DNA of 51,686 nucleotides from Anaerolineae bacterium (lineage in GTDB: Bacteria; Chloroflexota; Anaerolineae; JAAYZQ01), in contig JASFHU010000001.1 in assembly GCA_050123055.1 (NCBI GenBank), positions 1 through 51,686 on the forward strand, read 5' to 3'. Under the pieces are notes generated by a model. That model made no database searches, was not told the origin of the DNA, and saw nothing but the letters and a program-made list of their open reading frames with translations. Both the position numbers and the translations under genes were made by a program. Shown in pieces: positions 1 through 8,393 of this stretch; positions within the stretch are counted from its first letter, which is position 1, and the number at the start of each line of letters is the position of its first letter.

Positions 1-520
1 ACTCGGCACCGGGATCCATGGCCACCCCCATCATCAGCGGCGTGACCCCCACCAGCCAGGAGGCCAGGGTCATCGGCCCCCGGGCCGCGACCATCCTGAT
101 GCCCAATCCCTCGGCCTGCAGCCGTTCTTCCATGATCTCGTACAGGCGGAGGACCAGGGGCATCAAGCCCGCCTGCTCCGGATCGGCGGGCTTGGCGCCC
201 GCCCAGAACTCCAGGTCATCTACGACCGGCTCGATGGATGGGGGGCGGTCGGGATAGAAGCGCGGGATCACGCCAAAGGCCGACGGCTCGGCGGCCATGC
301 CATACTCCACCCAAAAGCCCGGGATCCAGACCGCGTCTGGAAACCGTTCCAGCAGGCCGAGGTTGATCTCTAGCCACTTCTCGGGCAGCAAAAAGTAATC
401 GCGCGTGTCAATGCCCGCATAGCCCGGCAGCCAGGGGCTGTCCACGATCAGGGCCACCGGCACCCGCTCGGGCTCGCCCAGTCGGGCCGCTTCTTTGAAT
501 CGTTGCCAGGGTGTGCTCAT
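1..520 (-). CDS. Uroporphyrinogen decarboxylase (URO-D)/MtaA-like family protein, N-terminal part only; the gene runs off the left edge
   Basis: My own minus-strand translation from the ATG at 520-518 gives MSTPWQRFKEAARLGEPERVPVALIVDSPWLPGYAGIDTRDYF... and stays open to position 1. It is absent from the ORF track because no stop lies in the window. The N-terminal EPERVP-type motif resembles the other URO-D-like ORFs here. Confidence 0.6.
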   Translation of the reverse strand, partial: MSTPWQRFKEAARLGEPERVPVALIVDSPWLPGYAGIDTRDYFLLPEKWLEINLGLLERFPDAVWIPGFWVEYGMAAEPSAFGVIPRFYPDRPPSIEPVVDDLEFWAGAKPADPEQAGLMPLVLRLYEIMEERLQAEGLGIRMVAARGPMTLASWLVGVTPLMMGVAMDPGAE

Positions 521-570
521 GGTTCCTCTCATTTCGCATTCAGAATCAAGTTCACCCAACCGTTGAGGGT

Positions 571-1641
571 CTAGGCCCCATATCGCCGGCAGCGCTGGAC
601 GACCTCAAACATGGCCCAGATGTTGTCTTCCGGGGTACCATCGTCCATGTTGATGCAGCACAGGCCCACCTGTTCCAGCGGGCCAGCCGTTCGCAGCAGT
701 CGCTCCGTATCCTCGGCCATCTCCTGGGGCGTGCCCTGCAGCATCCGCACCGGGTTCAGCCTGAGGTTCATAAAGACGTTCGGCAGGGCTTGGCGGCAGT
801 TCGCCACGTCCGACCCCCAACCGACTTCAACATAACGGACCGGCAGCTCGGCGTAGGCCGACGCCATCTTGTGGGCATTATCACCACAGTGGTGAATGCC
901 AAAGGGCTGGATCCGGCCGGCCATGCTCTGTTCCCTGGGCAGGTGCAGCGCCCGGTAGCTCGCCGGCGAGATCATCTGCACGGAGCAATTGGCGTGCAAA
1001 AAGAGCCCGGGATCGACACGCTCGACCATGCGGTTCACCGAGATAGAGCAACTGCCTGTGCGCCCCCGCACATAGAGGGCCACATCCACGATCAGCTCAG
1101 CGATGATGTCCAATAGCCTGCCCACACGCTCAGGGGCCTCGTAAAAGTCGAGGAAGAGCTGCTGCCCATAGAGGTGGTAGGCAGCGTTCAGCAATCCGTC
1201 GGTGTTCAGGTCACCCACCAGGTAGCCATGCTCTGCTTCCAGAGCATCCATGTCAGCGATGAGTTGCCCCATGGGCCATGTCTCCCCAAAGTCGGGCTTC
1301 TCAAGAGCGTCGATCTGCTCTAGAGTCAGCTCCATGGGCTTGGGCTGAGGTGCGGCGTCCGCCTCGAAAAGGATTTCCGAACCCAGGAGTGCTGGGATCA
1401 CAAAGCCGCCGGCGACGTGCAGGGAACCGATGATGGGCCGGGGCTGCGGGTCGGGCTCGCCCAGCCCCAGTTCGCCAAAGCGCTCATACAGCACCCTCCG
1501 CATGGTGACGTCGTTCCCGATCCGCGTCTCGGCGTCCAGATAGAAGTCTTGGTCGAAGGAGATGCCTGCCGTTCGATACCACCAGTTGGGGTTAAAGACC
1601 AACTCGACCGGCAGGAACTCTTGGACGCTGGCGGCTGTCAT
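571..1641 (-). CDS. URO-D/MtaA-like family protein
   Basis: Track ORF 571..1695. I prefer the ATG at 1641 (MTAASVQEF...) because the 1695 start is GTG and overlaps the stop of the upstream gene at 1668. Length is about 356 aa, with a FGIHHCGDN region typical of this family. Confidence 0.7.
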   Translation of the reverse strand: MTAASVQEFLPVELVFNPNWWYRTAGISFDQDFYLDAETRIGNDVTMRRVLYERFGELGLGEPDPQPRPIIGSLHVAGGFVIPALLGSEILFEADAAPQPKPMELTLEQIDALEKPDFGETWPMGQLIADMDALEAEHGYLVGDLNTDGLLNAAYHLYGQQLFLDFYEAPERVGRLLDIIAELIVDVALYVRGRTGSCSISVNRMVERVDPGLFLHANCSVQMISPASYRALHLPREQSMAGRIQPFGIHHCGDNAHKMASAYAELPVRYVEVGWGSDVANCRQALPNVFMNLRLNPVRMLQGTPQEMAEDTERLLRTAGPLEQVGLCCINMDDGTPEDNIWAMFEVVQRCRRYGA

Positions 1642-1667
1642 GGCTAGCGATCCTATTAACCGGTTTT

Positions 1668-2657
1668 CTACCGGATGCGGCTCGTGGATTGCCACATATC
1701 GGGATTGGGGCCAACGGCACGCTTGACCTCCTCCGTCGCCTCTGCCAGCCGGGCCAAGATATCGGGCGCCAGGTGCAGGTCAACTGCCCCGGCCGTCTGC
1801 CGGATCTGGTCCGGCGTCCGGGCACCGGCGATAACCGTTGTGACACCCGGCTGCTGGAACAACCAGGCGATGGCCACGTCGGTCATCGGCTGGCCGATGG
1901 CGGCGCAGATCGCCCCGACCTTGTCCAGCGCGGCAAAGACCTCAGCTTCACACCCCGCCTCGCCGTGGCGGGCCAGGGGCCGCTCGCCGGAAAAGAGCCG
2001 GATGCGGGCCCGGCCCTCGGGCACATCCTCGGGCGAGGAGAACTTATTCGTCAGGAGCCCTTGTGCCAACGGGCTGTAGGCCAGAATGCCAACACCCTCC
2101 TCGACGCACTTATTCTGGATCTCGTACTCGATGCCGCGCCATAGCAGGCTATAGGGCAACTGGTCCGACTCGATCCAACCCAGCTTCAGCAGGTCGCCCA
2201 GGTCACCCACGCCGAAATTGCACACGCCGATAGCGCGCACCTTGCCCTCCTCCCGCAACCGCTTCATCGCCTCTGCTGTCTCCTCCAGAGGCACCGAGCG
2301 GCTGGGCCAGTGGATCTGGTACAGGTCGATATAGTCGGTCTGGAGCCGCCGCAGGCTGTCCTCACACGCCTCGCGGATGCCGTCGAGCGAAAGGTTGGCG
2401 CGGCCCACCTTGGTGGCGATCACCGCCTCCTGCCGCCGGCCGGCTAGCGCGCGACCCAACACCGCCTCCGATTCCCCCCCCGTATAACCCTCGGCCGTGT
2501 CGAAAAAGTTGATCCCCAGGTCTAACGCGGTATGCACCGTGGCGTGCGATTCGGCCTCGTCCTGTGGACCCCATACCGGGTCTCCGGCGATGGCCCAGCA
2601 ACCCATGGCTAGCGCCGACACCGTGATGTCTGTCTTGCCAAGCTTGTGAACCTTCAT
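1668..2657 (-). CDS. Aldo/keto reductase
   Basis: 329 aa. MKVHKLGKTDITVSALAMGCW, FFDTAEGY, ATKV and LYQIHWP are classic AKR motifs. The RBS GGAAGGGTGG precedes the ATG. Confidence 0.9.
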   Translation of the reverse strand: MKVHKLGKTDITVSALAMGCWAIAGDPVWGPQDEAESHATVHTALDLGINFFDTAEGYTGGESEAVLGRALAGRRQEAVIATKVGRANLSLDGIREACEDSLRRLQTDYIDLYQIHWPSRSVPLEETAEAMKRLREEGKVRAIGVCNFGVGDLGDLLKLGWIESDQLPYSLLWRGIEYEIQNKCVEEGVGILAYSPLAQGLLTNKFSSPEDVPEGRARIRLFSGERPLARHGEAGCEAEVFAALDKVGAICAAIGQPMTDVAIAWLFQQPGVTTVIAGARTPDQIRQTAGAVDLHLAPDILARLAEATEEVKRAVGPNPDMWQSTSRIR

Positions 2658-2692
2658 CCACCCTTCCTTTCAGCACCTCACCCTGTCTATCC

Positions 2693-3745
2693 TCACGCCT
2701 CTTGTACGTCTAACACCACTTTGAGCGTCTCACCCTCCTCCCGGTCCACCTGGGCGAAAGCGGCGTCGATGTCGCGCAGGGCCATCCGGTTAGTGATCAG
2801 CAGATCGGGATGTAGCAGCCCCCTGGCCATCAGCCGCAGGGCCCGCGGGAACTCGCCCCGGGTCACCCGCGAGGCGACGATCTTGGATTCCTTCATCACC
2901 AGTGTCTTAAAGCGGACCGCAGTCGGTTCGTCGCCCAGGCCTGTGGTGACGACCCGGCCGGCCGTGCGGACCATGTCCACCGCCTGGGCCAATGGCGCTT
3001 CCTGGCCCGCCACCAGGTGATAGTGACCGACCGCTTCGATGACGCAGTCTGCGCCCACACCGTTCGTGATCTCCAGCACCCGCTCCACCGGGTCCTCCTC
3101 CTGGATATTGATCGCATAGTCCGCGCCCAGCTTGCGGGCCTTCTCCAGGCGGAATGGTTGGAGGTCGGTGACGACCGTCAGGGCGGGGCTGGCGCTGTGG
3201 CACAGCACGTCGAGGATCGACAGCCCCAGCTTGCCGGCGCCCAGGATCACCACCGTCTCCCCAAGTTGAACCTCGCCCCGTTGCAGGACATGCTGCCCCA
3301 GGCCGTACATCTCGACCATCGGCGCGTGGGCCAGCGAAATCTCTTCCGGTAGCAGATAGACGTGGCTGGCCGGCGCGGCCACGTACTGCCCAAATCCGCC
3401 GTCCAGGTCGATCCCCAGCAGCTTGAGGGTCCGGCAGGCATTGAGATGGCCTGTCCGGCAGGCCGGGCAACTGTGGCAGGAGATGACCGGGTCCACGACG
3501 ACCCGATCTCCCCTTTTTAAGCCCTTGACCTCCGCGCCCACCTCCTCGACCATGCCCCCGAACTCGTGTCCCGGGATGGCCGGGTAGGTGACGCGGTTGC
3601 TGAATTCGCCGCGATAGATGTGCAGGTCGGTGCCACAGATTCCGGTATAGCTGGGCGCCACCAGCACCTGGCCGGGCCCAATGCGCGGCTCGGGCGCCTC
3701 GCCCAGGCGAATGTCTCGATCGTCGTACAGAATGCCTGCTTTCAT
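2693..3745 (-). CDS. Zn-dependent medium-chain polyol/alcohol dehydrogenase (sorbitol/threonine dehydrogenase-like)
   Basis: 350 aa. Contains GICGTDLH, GHEFGG, the structural-Zn cysteine cluster CHSCPACRTG and the GAGKLG Rossmann motif. Confidence 0.9.
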   Translation of the reverse strand: MKAGILYDDRDIRLGEAPEPRIGPGQVLVAPSYTGICGTDLHIYRGEFSNRVTYPAIPGHEFGGMVEEVGAEVKGLKRGDRVVVDPVISCHSCPACRTGHLNACRTLKLLGIDLDGGFGQYVAAPASHVYLLPEEISLAHAPMVEMYGLGQHVLQRGEVQLGETVVILGAGKLGLSILDVLCHSASPALTVVTDLQPFRLEKARKLGADYAINIQEEDPVERVLEITNGVGADCVIEAVGHYHLVAGQEAPLAQAVDMVRTAGRVVTTGLGDEPTAVRFKTLVMKESKIVASRVTRGEFPRALRLMARGLLHPDLLITNRMALRDIDAAFAQVDREEGETLKVVLDVQEA

Positions 3746-3761
3746 TTATTCATCCTCGTCG

Positions 3762-4532
3762 CTATAAATTGTCCAGTTCCATAAGCCGGGCGATGTTGCC
3801 GGCCATGATCAACTGCTTCTCCTGTGCCGTGACCTCGCCGTCGAGCAGGGCGTGGTACTTGGCCACCTCGACGTGCGTCAACTCAAAGGGCGTGTCGCTG
3901 CCAAAGCAGACGCGGTCGGCGCCTAGCGTTTTGATCGCCTTGAGGATGGCCCGACTCCGCACTCCGCTGCCTACCAGAAAGAGATTGGGACAGTCCTGGG
4001 CGATCTCGATGGCAGCGTTGGACAGGTCGTGGTGGGCCACGCCCCCCATATGCACCATCAGGATCTGTAGATCGGGGAACATCCTGGCGACTTTGGCTAC
4101 GCGGAAGGGATGGGTGGTCTCGTAGGCGTCGGTGCCAACGTGAAAAGCCAGCAGCTTGCCGGTCTTGGCGATCTCTTCAATCAGGGGCAGCGACATCTCT
4201 GGATCGTCGATGTAGTAGCTGTTCTGGGCGCCGTTCAGCTTGACGCCATAGAATCCATAGTCGTCGATACAGCGCCATATCGCTTCTACTGCGCTTTCCA
4301 GGCCCAGGTGGGGATCGGCCCAGCCAAAGCCCAGGATGCGGTCAGGGTAGCGCTGCGTCGCTTCGTACACATAGGCGTTCGAATCGTCGATCTCGCGCAT
4401 GTAGGGCGGCCGGAGCCAGGTAAGGGATCGGTCCACGCCGGCCCGGTCCAGGCGCCTCAGGAGCTCTTCGATGGTGATGGCCATGGCATCCTCGCCCGTG
4501 GGCGAGATGTGGGTATCTGCGTCAATGATCAT
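3762..4532 (-). CDS. Amidohydrolase-2 family metal hydrolase (lactonase/decarboxylase-type TIM barrel)
   Basis: 256 aa. IIDADTHIS at the N-terminus, GVKL, MVHMGG and CFGSDTPF match the PF04909-type pattern. Confidence 0.75.
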   Translation of the reverse strand: MIIDADTHISPTGEDAMAITIEELLRRLDRAGVDRSLTWLRPPYMREIDDSNAYVYEATQRYPDRILGFGWADPHLGLESAVEAIWRCIDDYGFYGVKLNGAQNSYYIDDPEMSLPLIEEIAKTGKLLAFHVGTDAYETTHPFRVAKVARMFPDLQILMVHMGGVAHHDLSNAAIEIAQDCPNLFLVGSGVRSRAILKAIKTLGADRVCFGSDTPFELTHVEVAKYHALLDGEVTAQEKQLIMAGNIARLMELDNL

Positions 4533-4544
4533 CGGCCCTTCCTC

Positions 4545-5726
4545 CTATGGTTCGACCATGTAAAGGTTGACCCTGCCGCCGAGGTCAGAGGCATACAGGA
4601 TCCGGCTGCCGTCCCAGCTCCAGGTAGGGTGGCAGTGGCTGGTCTGGGTGTGCCACGAGGTCCCGTGGTTGCACAGCACTCCAAGCTTGGCCTCGTTAGC
4701 CGAGATGTCGATGAGCACCAGGTCATCCACGTCATCCCCGACCAGGATGGTGTTGTCCGGATTGGCGTGGTAGTGGTTGCAATAGTAGGGCATGTCTATG
4801 CGCCTGACCAGGTTCCCGTGCCGGTCTACCAAGCCGATAAAAGGGATCATCTCGCTTTCCTTGACGGCGACGTCGGTCGCCACCGCCTGGGTACGGTCAG
4901 AGGTGATCGTTCCATCGTGACCGGGTCCTCGGTTGTCGAAAAAGACGCGGCTGGGATAGCCGTCGCCATCCTGGGTCCAGAACTCGTGCCCGATCGAATC
5001 GTGCTCCTCTTGGCGGAAGCAGGGCCAAGCCTCTCGCGAGACAAAGTCCAGGAACCAGATGCGCTGGGTGACCAGGTGCCAGGGGCCTTCGTGGCAATAG
5101 GTGGCCAGGGTGCTGTCGTCGGGGCAGAACTGAAAGTGCCCCACCTGGTGGGTATCCTTGAAGACGTCGAAGGAACCAGAACCGTCGAGATAGGCCAGCG
5201 TGATGCGCCCATCCTTGACCTGATAGTACCGGTCCTTGAAGCCCGTATAGTTCGGCCCGCGGGCGACCTGTACATTCTCGTTGCGGCAGAAGGCGATATA
5301 GCGCCGGTTGTGGCTGATAGACGGCGAACCCACCACATAGTTCCCCGTCTCCTCGTAGACGGTGATGATCTCGCCGCTGTCTGTATCGAGTTTTCTGATC
5401 TTGTTCCCAACCACATAGACGACGATCCGGCTATCGGGTGTTTTGGTCACACCGCCGACCGGCTCGGTTTCATCGGTCAGTTGCACCATCTGCCCGCTGC
5501 CCAGGTCCATGCGGAACAGGTTGTACTGCGGGCTTTCATGCGGCGCCCTGTCCTCGCCCGCCCCCCGGTCGGAGCGAAAGATGATCTCGTTCCTGTTGCA
5601 GTCGAACGAATTCTCCGTGAAGTAGAGATGCACATTGTTGCCTGCGGACGTCAACTGGGTGATGGTCCGTCTCGTTTTCTCGTCCTCGAATCTGCCGATT
5701 TCTGAATCCCACGTTTGCCCGATCAT
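4545..5726 (-). CDS. Oligogalacturonate lyase-like (PL22-like) beta-propeller protein
   Basis: Track ORF 4545..5729; the first codon is GTG and the second is an ATG at 5726 with an AGGGGG RBS. The N-terminus (TRRTITQLTS...HLYFTENSF...NLFRMDLGSGQMVQLTDE) and the C-terminus (HCHPTWSWDGSRILYASDLGGRVNLYMV) resemble Ogl-type lyases. A generic TolB-like propeller cannot be excluded. Confidence 0.55.
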   Translation of the reverse strand: MIGQTWDSEIGRFEDEKTRRTITQLTSAGNNVHLYFTENSFDCNRNEIIFRSDRGAGEDRAPHESPQYNLFRMDLGSGQMVQLTDETEPVGGVTKTPDSRIVVYVVGNKIRKLDTDSGEIITVYEETGNYVVGSPSISHNRRYIAFCRNENVQVARGPNYTGFKDRYYQVKDGRITLAYLDGSGSFDVFKDTHQVGHFQFCPDDSTLATYCHEGPWHLVTQRIWFLDFVSREAWPCFRQEEHDSIGHEFWTQDGDGYPSRVFFDNRGPGHDGTITSDRTQAVATDVAVKESEMIPFIGLVDRHGNLVRRIDMPYYCNHYHANPDNTILVGDDVDDLVLIDISANEAKLGVLCNHGTSWHTQTSHCHPTWSWDGSRILYASDLGGRVNLYMVEP

Positions 5727-5763
5727 CACACTTGCCCCCTATCGGTCACTTCATAAGCTAAAA

Positions 5764-5810
5764 CCCAAACAAGTTCAGCAGTCCGGAGTGGAGTCCTCAA
5801 CTTGTTGAGC
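5764..5810 (+). repeat. Member R1 of a small palindromic intergenic repeat family
   Basis: CCCAAACAAGTTCAGCAGTCCGGAGTGGAGTCCTCAACTTGTTGAGC is colinear with 35781-35823. Confidence 0.55.
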
Positions 5811-5862
5811 CTAACCCGAACAAGCACAGGAGTCCAATGCATTCCCACAAGTTCGGAAGTCG

Positions 5863-6195
5863 TTACAGGAAATCCTCGCGGATCGGCGTAAAGCAATCCA
5901 CGAGCCGGACGTGCTTGGTCAGTTGCTGGATCGTATGGGGCACACCGGAAGGAACAAGAAATAGGTCGCCCGCCTTCAGGTGTGTCTGCCGGTCCTCCAT
6001 CACAAACAGGATCTCCCCCTCCGCCACGTAACAGACCTGCTCGTGGGGATGTGAATGGGGCGGGTCCAGCTCGCTCGTCGGCCCATCGTCGAAATCGATG
6101 ACGACGATCATCAGGTTGTCGGTGTGCCCGAGCCGGCGCTCGACGCCCTCACGGATCTGTTCCACGGCCATTTCGTCGTATTTCAGAGTTGCCAC
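5863..6195 (-). CDS. Cupin domain protein
   Basis: 110 aa. Two-motif cupin signature: HSHPHEQVCYVAEGE ... GDLFLVPSGVPH. Confidence 0.8.
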   Translation of the reverse strand: MATLKYDEMAVEQIREGVERRLGHTDNLMIVVIDFDDGPTSELDPPHSHPHEQVCYVAEGEILFVMEDRQTHLKAGDLFLVPSGVPHTIQQLTKHVRLVDCFTPIREDFL

Positions 6196-6222
6196 TTGTG
6201 GTCCTTTCTGGGGCTGGATGCC

Positions 6223-7257
6223 TCACTGTTTCGAATTCTCCTGGCCATATGGCAGTTGGACCGTTCTTCCCGTGTGAGCCGATTCATAGCCGGCGAAAAC
6301 GGAGCCCATGACTTGATTCAGGTATGTCTGCGCCTGCGTTTCGAATAGCTTATCTGAGGCCATACAATCCACGAAATGCTGCAAAGCCATTCGGACCGAG
6401 TCCCCCCTGTACCCTTGCGCCGGAATCTCATATTTGTGCTCCAAAACCGGCCTCGACAGGGGCTTGACCCAGAGTCTCCCATCGCTGTCCAACCTTATGA
6501 AGCCGCGTTCACCCTCGAGGCGAGCGCTATCGCAGATGGGATCGTCCATATCCGGTTCTGAGCATCTGGTCGAATAAATGATGCCCCACACGTCATCCTT
6601 CAGACGAAGGTGCAGGTGGACGTTGTCCTCTCCTCTCGTCGCCCCACTCACCCGTCGCATGGCGGAGTAGACCCCGTCTATCTCCCCGCCCAGAAACCTG
6701 ACCACATCAATCAGATGGATCACCGACTCGATGAGCAGGAAGCGCTTCATGTCGACAAAATAGCGTTGATTGGAGAATGGCGGCGTGTGAAGCGCGTCGG
6801 CTGCGTGTCTGGTGAGTGTGATGGTTGTGACTCGACCGATGGCGCCGGCTTCAATCAGCGTCTTTATCTCCCGGTACCAGGGCTGCCAGCGCCAGTTCTC
6901 ATTGATCATCAACCTGGCACTCTGCCTCTCGCAAGTTTCGACAAGCTGGACCGATTCCTCCCACGTTGGGGCAATCGGCTTCTGGCACAGCACATGGCAC
7001 CCCTTGGCTGAAGCCACGTGCACAATCTCCAGGTGAGAATCTGGCCTGGTAGCAACGTCCACAAAGTCCGGAGACAGCTCTTCGATGGCCTGCGCAAGGT
7101 CAACGTACGCCTCGAGACCGAAGCGACGGGCTGATGCTTTCGCCTTCTCCCCATCCCTATCCACGACGGCAAGGATGCGGGCGCCCTCAACGCGGCTCCA
7201 GCCCTCAAGGTGCACATTCCCAAAGTAACCGCATCCTACGGTAATGCCTTTCAGCAT
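6223..7257 (-). CDS. Gfo/Idh/MocA family NAD(P)-dependent oxidoreductase
   Basis: Track ORF 6223..7281 starts with GTG. The ATG at 7257 (MLKGITVGCGYFG...) has a GGAGAGG RBS 5 nt upstream. It has an N-terminal Rossmann fold and an EKP-like CQKPIA motif. Confidence 0.85.
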   Translation of the reverse strand: MLKGITVGCGYFGNVHLEGWSRVEGARILAVVDRDGEKAKASARRFGLEAYVDLAQAIEELSPDFVDVATRPDSHLEIVHVASAKGCHVLCQKPIAPTWEESVQLVETCERQSARLMINENWRWQPWYREIKTLIEAGAIGRVTTITLTRHAADALHTPPFSNQRYFVDMKRFLLIESVIHLIDVVRFLGGEIDGVYSAMRRVSGATRGEDNVHLHLRLKDDVWGIIYSTRCSEPDMDDPICDSARLEGERGFIRLDSDGRLWVKPLSRPVLEHKYEIPAQGYRGDSVRMALQHFVDCMASDKLFETQAQTYLNQVMGSVFAGYESAHTGRTVQLPYGQENSKQ

Positions 7258-7297
7258 GCTACCTCTCCAAGCAGCGGTCACCCCCAGCTCGTCGGGG

Positions 7298-8293
7298 CTA
7301 TATGCCCAGTGCTTGCATCAGCCCCCGGATGTAGCCCACCTGCCAGGCGCGGCTGCAGTGCCGCCAGTCGGTGTCGCCAACCAGGCCAAAGTGGTGATCC
7401 GGCACCACGTAGCCGCCAAAGCCCACCTCCTGCAACGCCTTCAGATTGGCCATCATGTCCCCGTCACCCTGGTCGGGAAAGACCTCGCGATAGCGGGGCA
7501 CCGTGCCCACCACGTTGCGAAAGTGGACGTAAAAGATCTTGTTCGCGCGGCCCAGGGTGCGGATCACCTCGGTGACATCCTGGCCTGCCTCCTGCATGCA
7601 CCCCAGGCACAGGAGCAAGCCATTGTACGGGCTGGGCACCAGCTCGATCAGCCGCTTCAGGCCCTCCAGTCCCGTTAGCACCTGGTGCACGCCCCGGTAG
7701 TAGTCCATGGGTGGATCGTCGGGATGGGTGGCCAGCCGGACCCTGGACTCTTCGGCCACGGGCACGATCCGCTCGTAAAAGTAGGCGATACGAGCCCACA
7801 CCTCATCGCGGGAGACCTCGCCGGCCGGCTTGTCGTCCAGCTCACCCTGGATGCGCTCCGCGTCGAAGGTCTGCAGCACAGCGCCCCCGCGGCCCACCGG
7901 CAGCCGTTCATAACCCGGGTGCCACGAGGGTCCCTTGGCGGCCCAGTAGGTGGTCCGCTGGTCGATGATGACCACCGGCGACGGCGCGCCGTCCTGGTAG
8001 GCCTGGCCGATGCTGCGGATCGTCCGGCAGACATTCTCGATCTCCCGGTCCCGTTCGGGCAATCCCAGGAGCTGGTTCTTGATGCAATCGCCGCCCAAGC
8101 CGATGCCCGTGAGCTCCAGCTCGTAGCGGGCAAAGCGCTCTCGCATCTCCAGGACATTGTCCACGGTCAGGTAGCAACGCTCTGTGTACCCCGGACAAGC
8201 CGAGGCCCAGATGCTAGCGCCCTCTGCGCCAATCTGTTGGGCGAACTGGAGCCGGTCCTCCGCTCCGTTGCCCGATCTCAAGCCTATCCTCAT
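7298..8293 (-). CDS. uxuA: Mannonate dehydratase (UxuA) family protein, short form
   Basis: 331 aa. IVPVAEESRVRLATHPDDPP matches E. coli UxuA [20 protein letters not shown] by eye. The downstream part (YVHFRN ... VPDHH) is also UxuA-like. Confidence 0.7.
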   Translation of the reverse strand: MRIGLRSGNGAEDRLQFAQQIGAEGASIWASACPGYTERCYLTVDNVLEMRERFARYELELTGIGLGGDCIKNQLLGLPERDREIENVCRTIRSIGQAYQDGAPSPVVIIDQRTTYWAAKGPSWHPGYERLPVGRGGAVLQTFDAERIQGELDDKPAGEVSRDEVWARIAYFYERIVPVAEESRVRLATHPDDPPMDYYRGVHQVLTGLEGLKRLIELVPSPYNGLLLCLGCMQEAGQDVTEVIRTLGRANKIFYVHFRNVVGTVPRYREVFPDQGDGDMMANLKALQEVGFGGYVVPDHHFGLVGDTDWRHCSRAWQVGYIRGLMQALGI

Positions 8294-8337
8294 GCAACTT
8301 GTCCCTTCCGATAGTCCAACCTGGAATCAACTCATGG

Positions 8338-8380
8338 CCCGAGCAAGCTCGGGAGTCCGTCCGACTCGTGGTACGAGTCA
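8338..8380 (+). repeat. Member R3 of the palindromic intergenic repeat family
   Basis: CCCGAG-CAAG-CTCGGG-AGTCCG..., then GACTCGT-GGT-ACGAGTC. Confidence 0.55.
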
Positions 8381-8393
8381 GAGTTCTAGCCCA

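Noticed and set aside
4110-5705. 531-aa plus-strand ORF
   Set aside because: It is antisense to the well-supported PL22-like gene. The translation is low-complexity (Gly/Val/Ala/Asp/Arg-rich) and there is no RBS. This is a typical high-GC shadow ORF.
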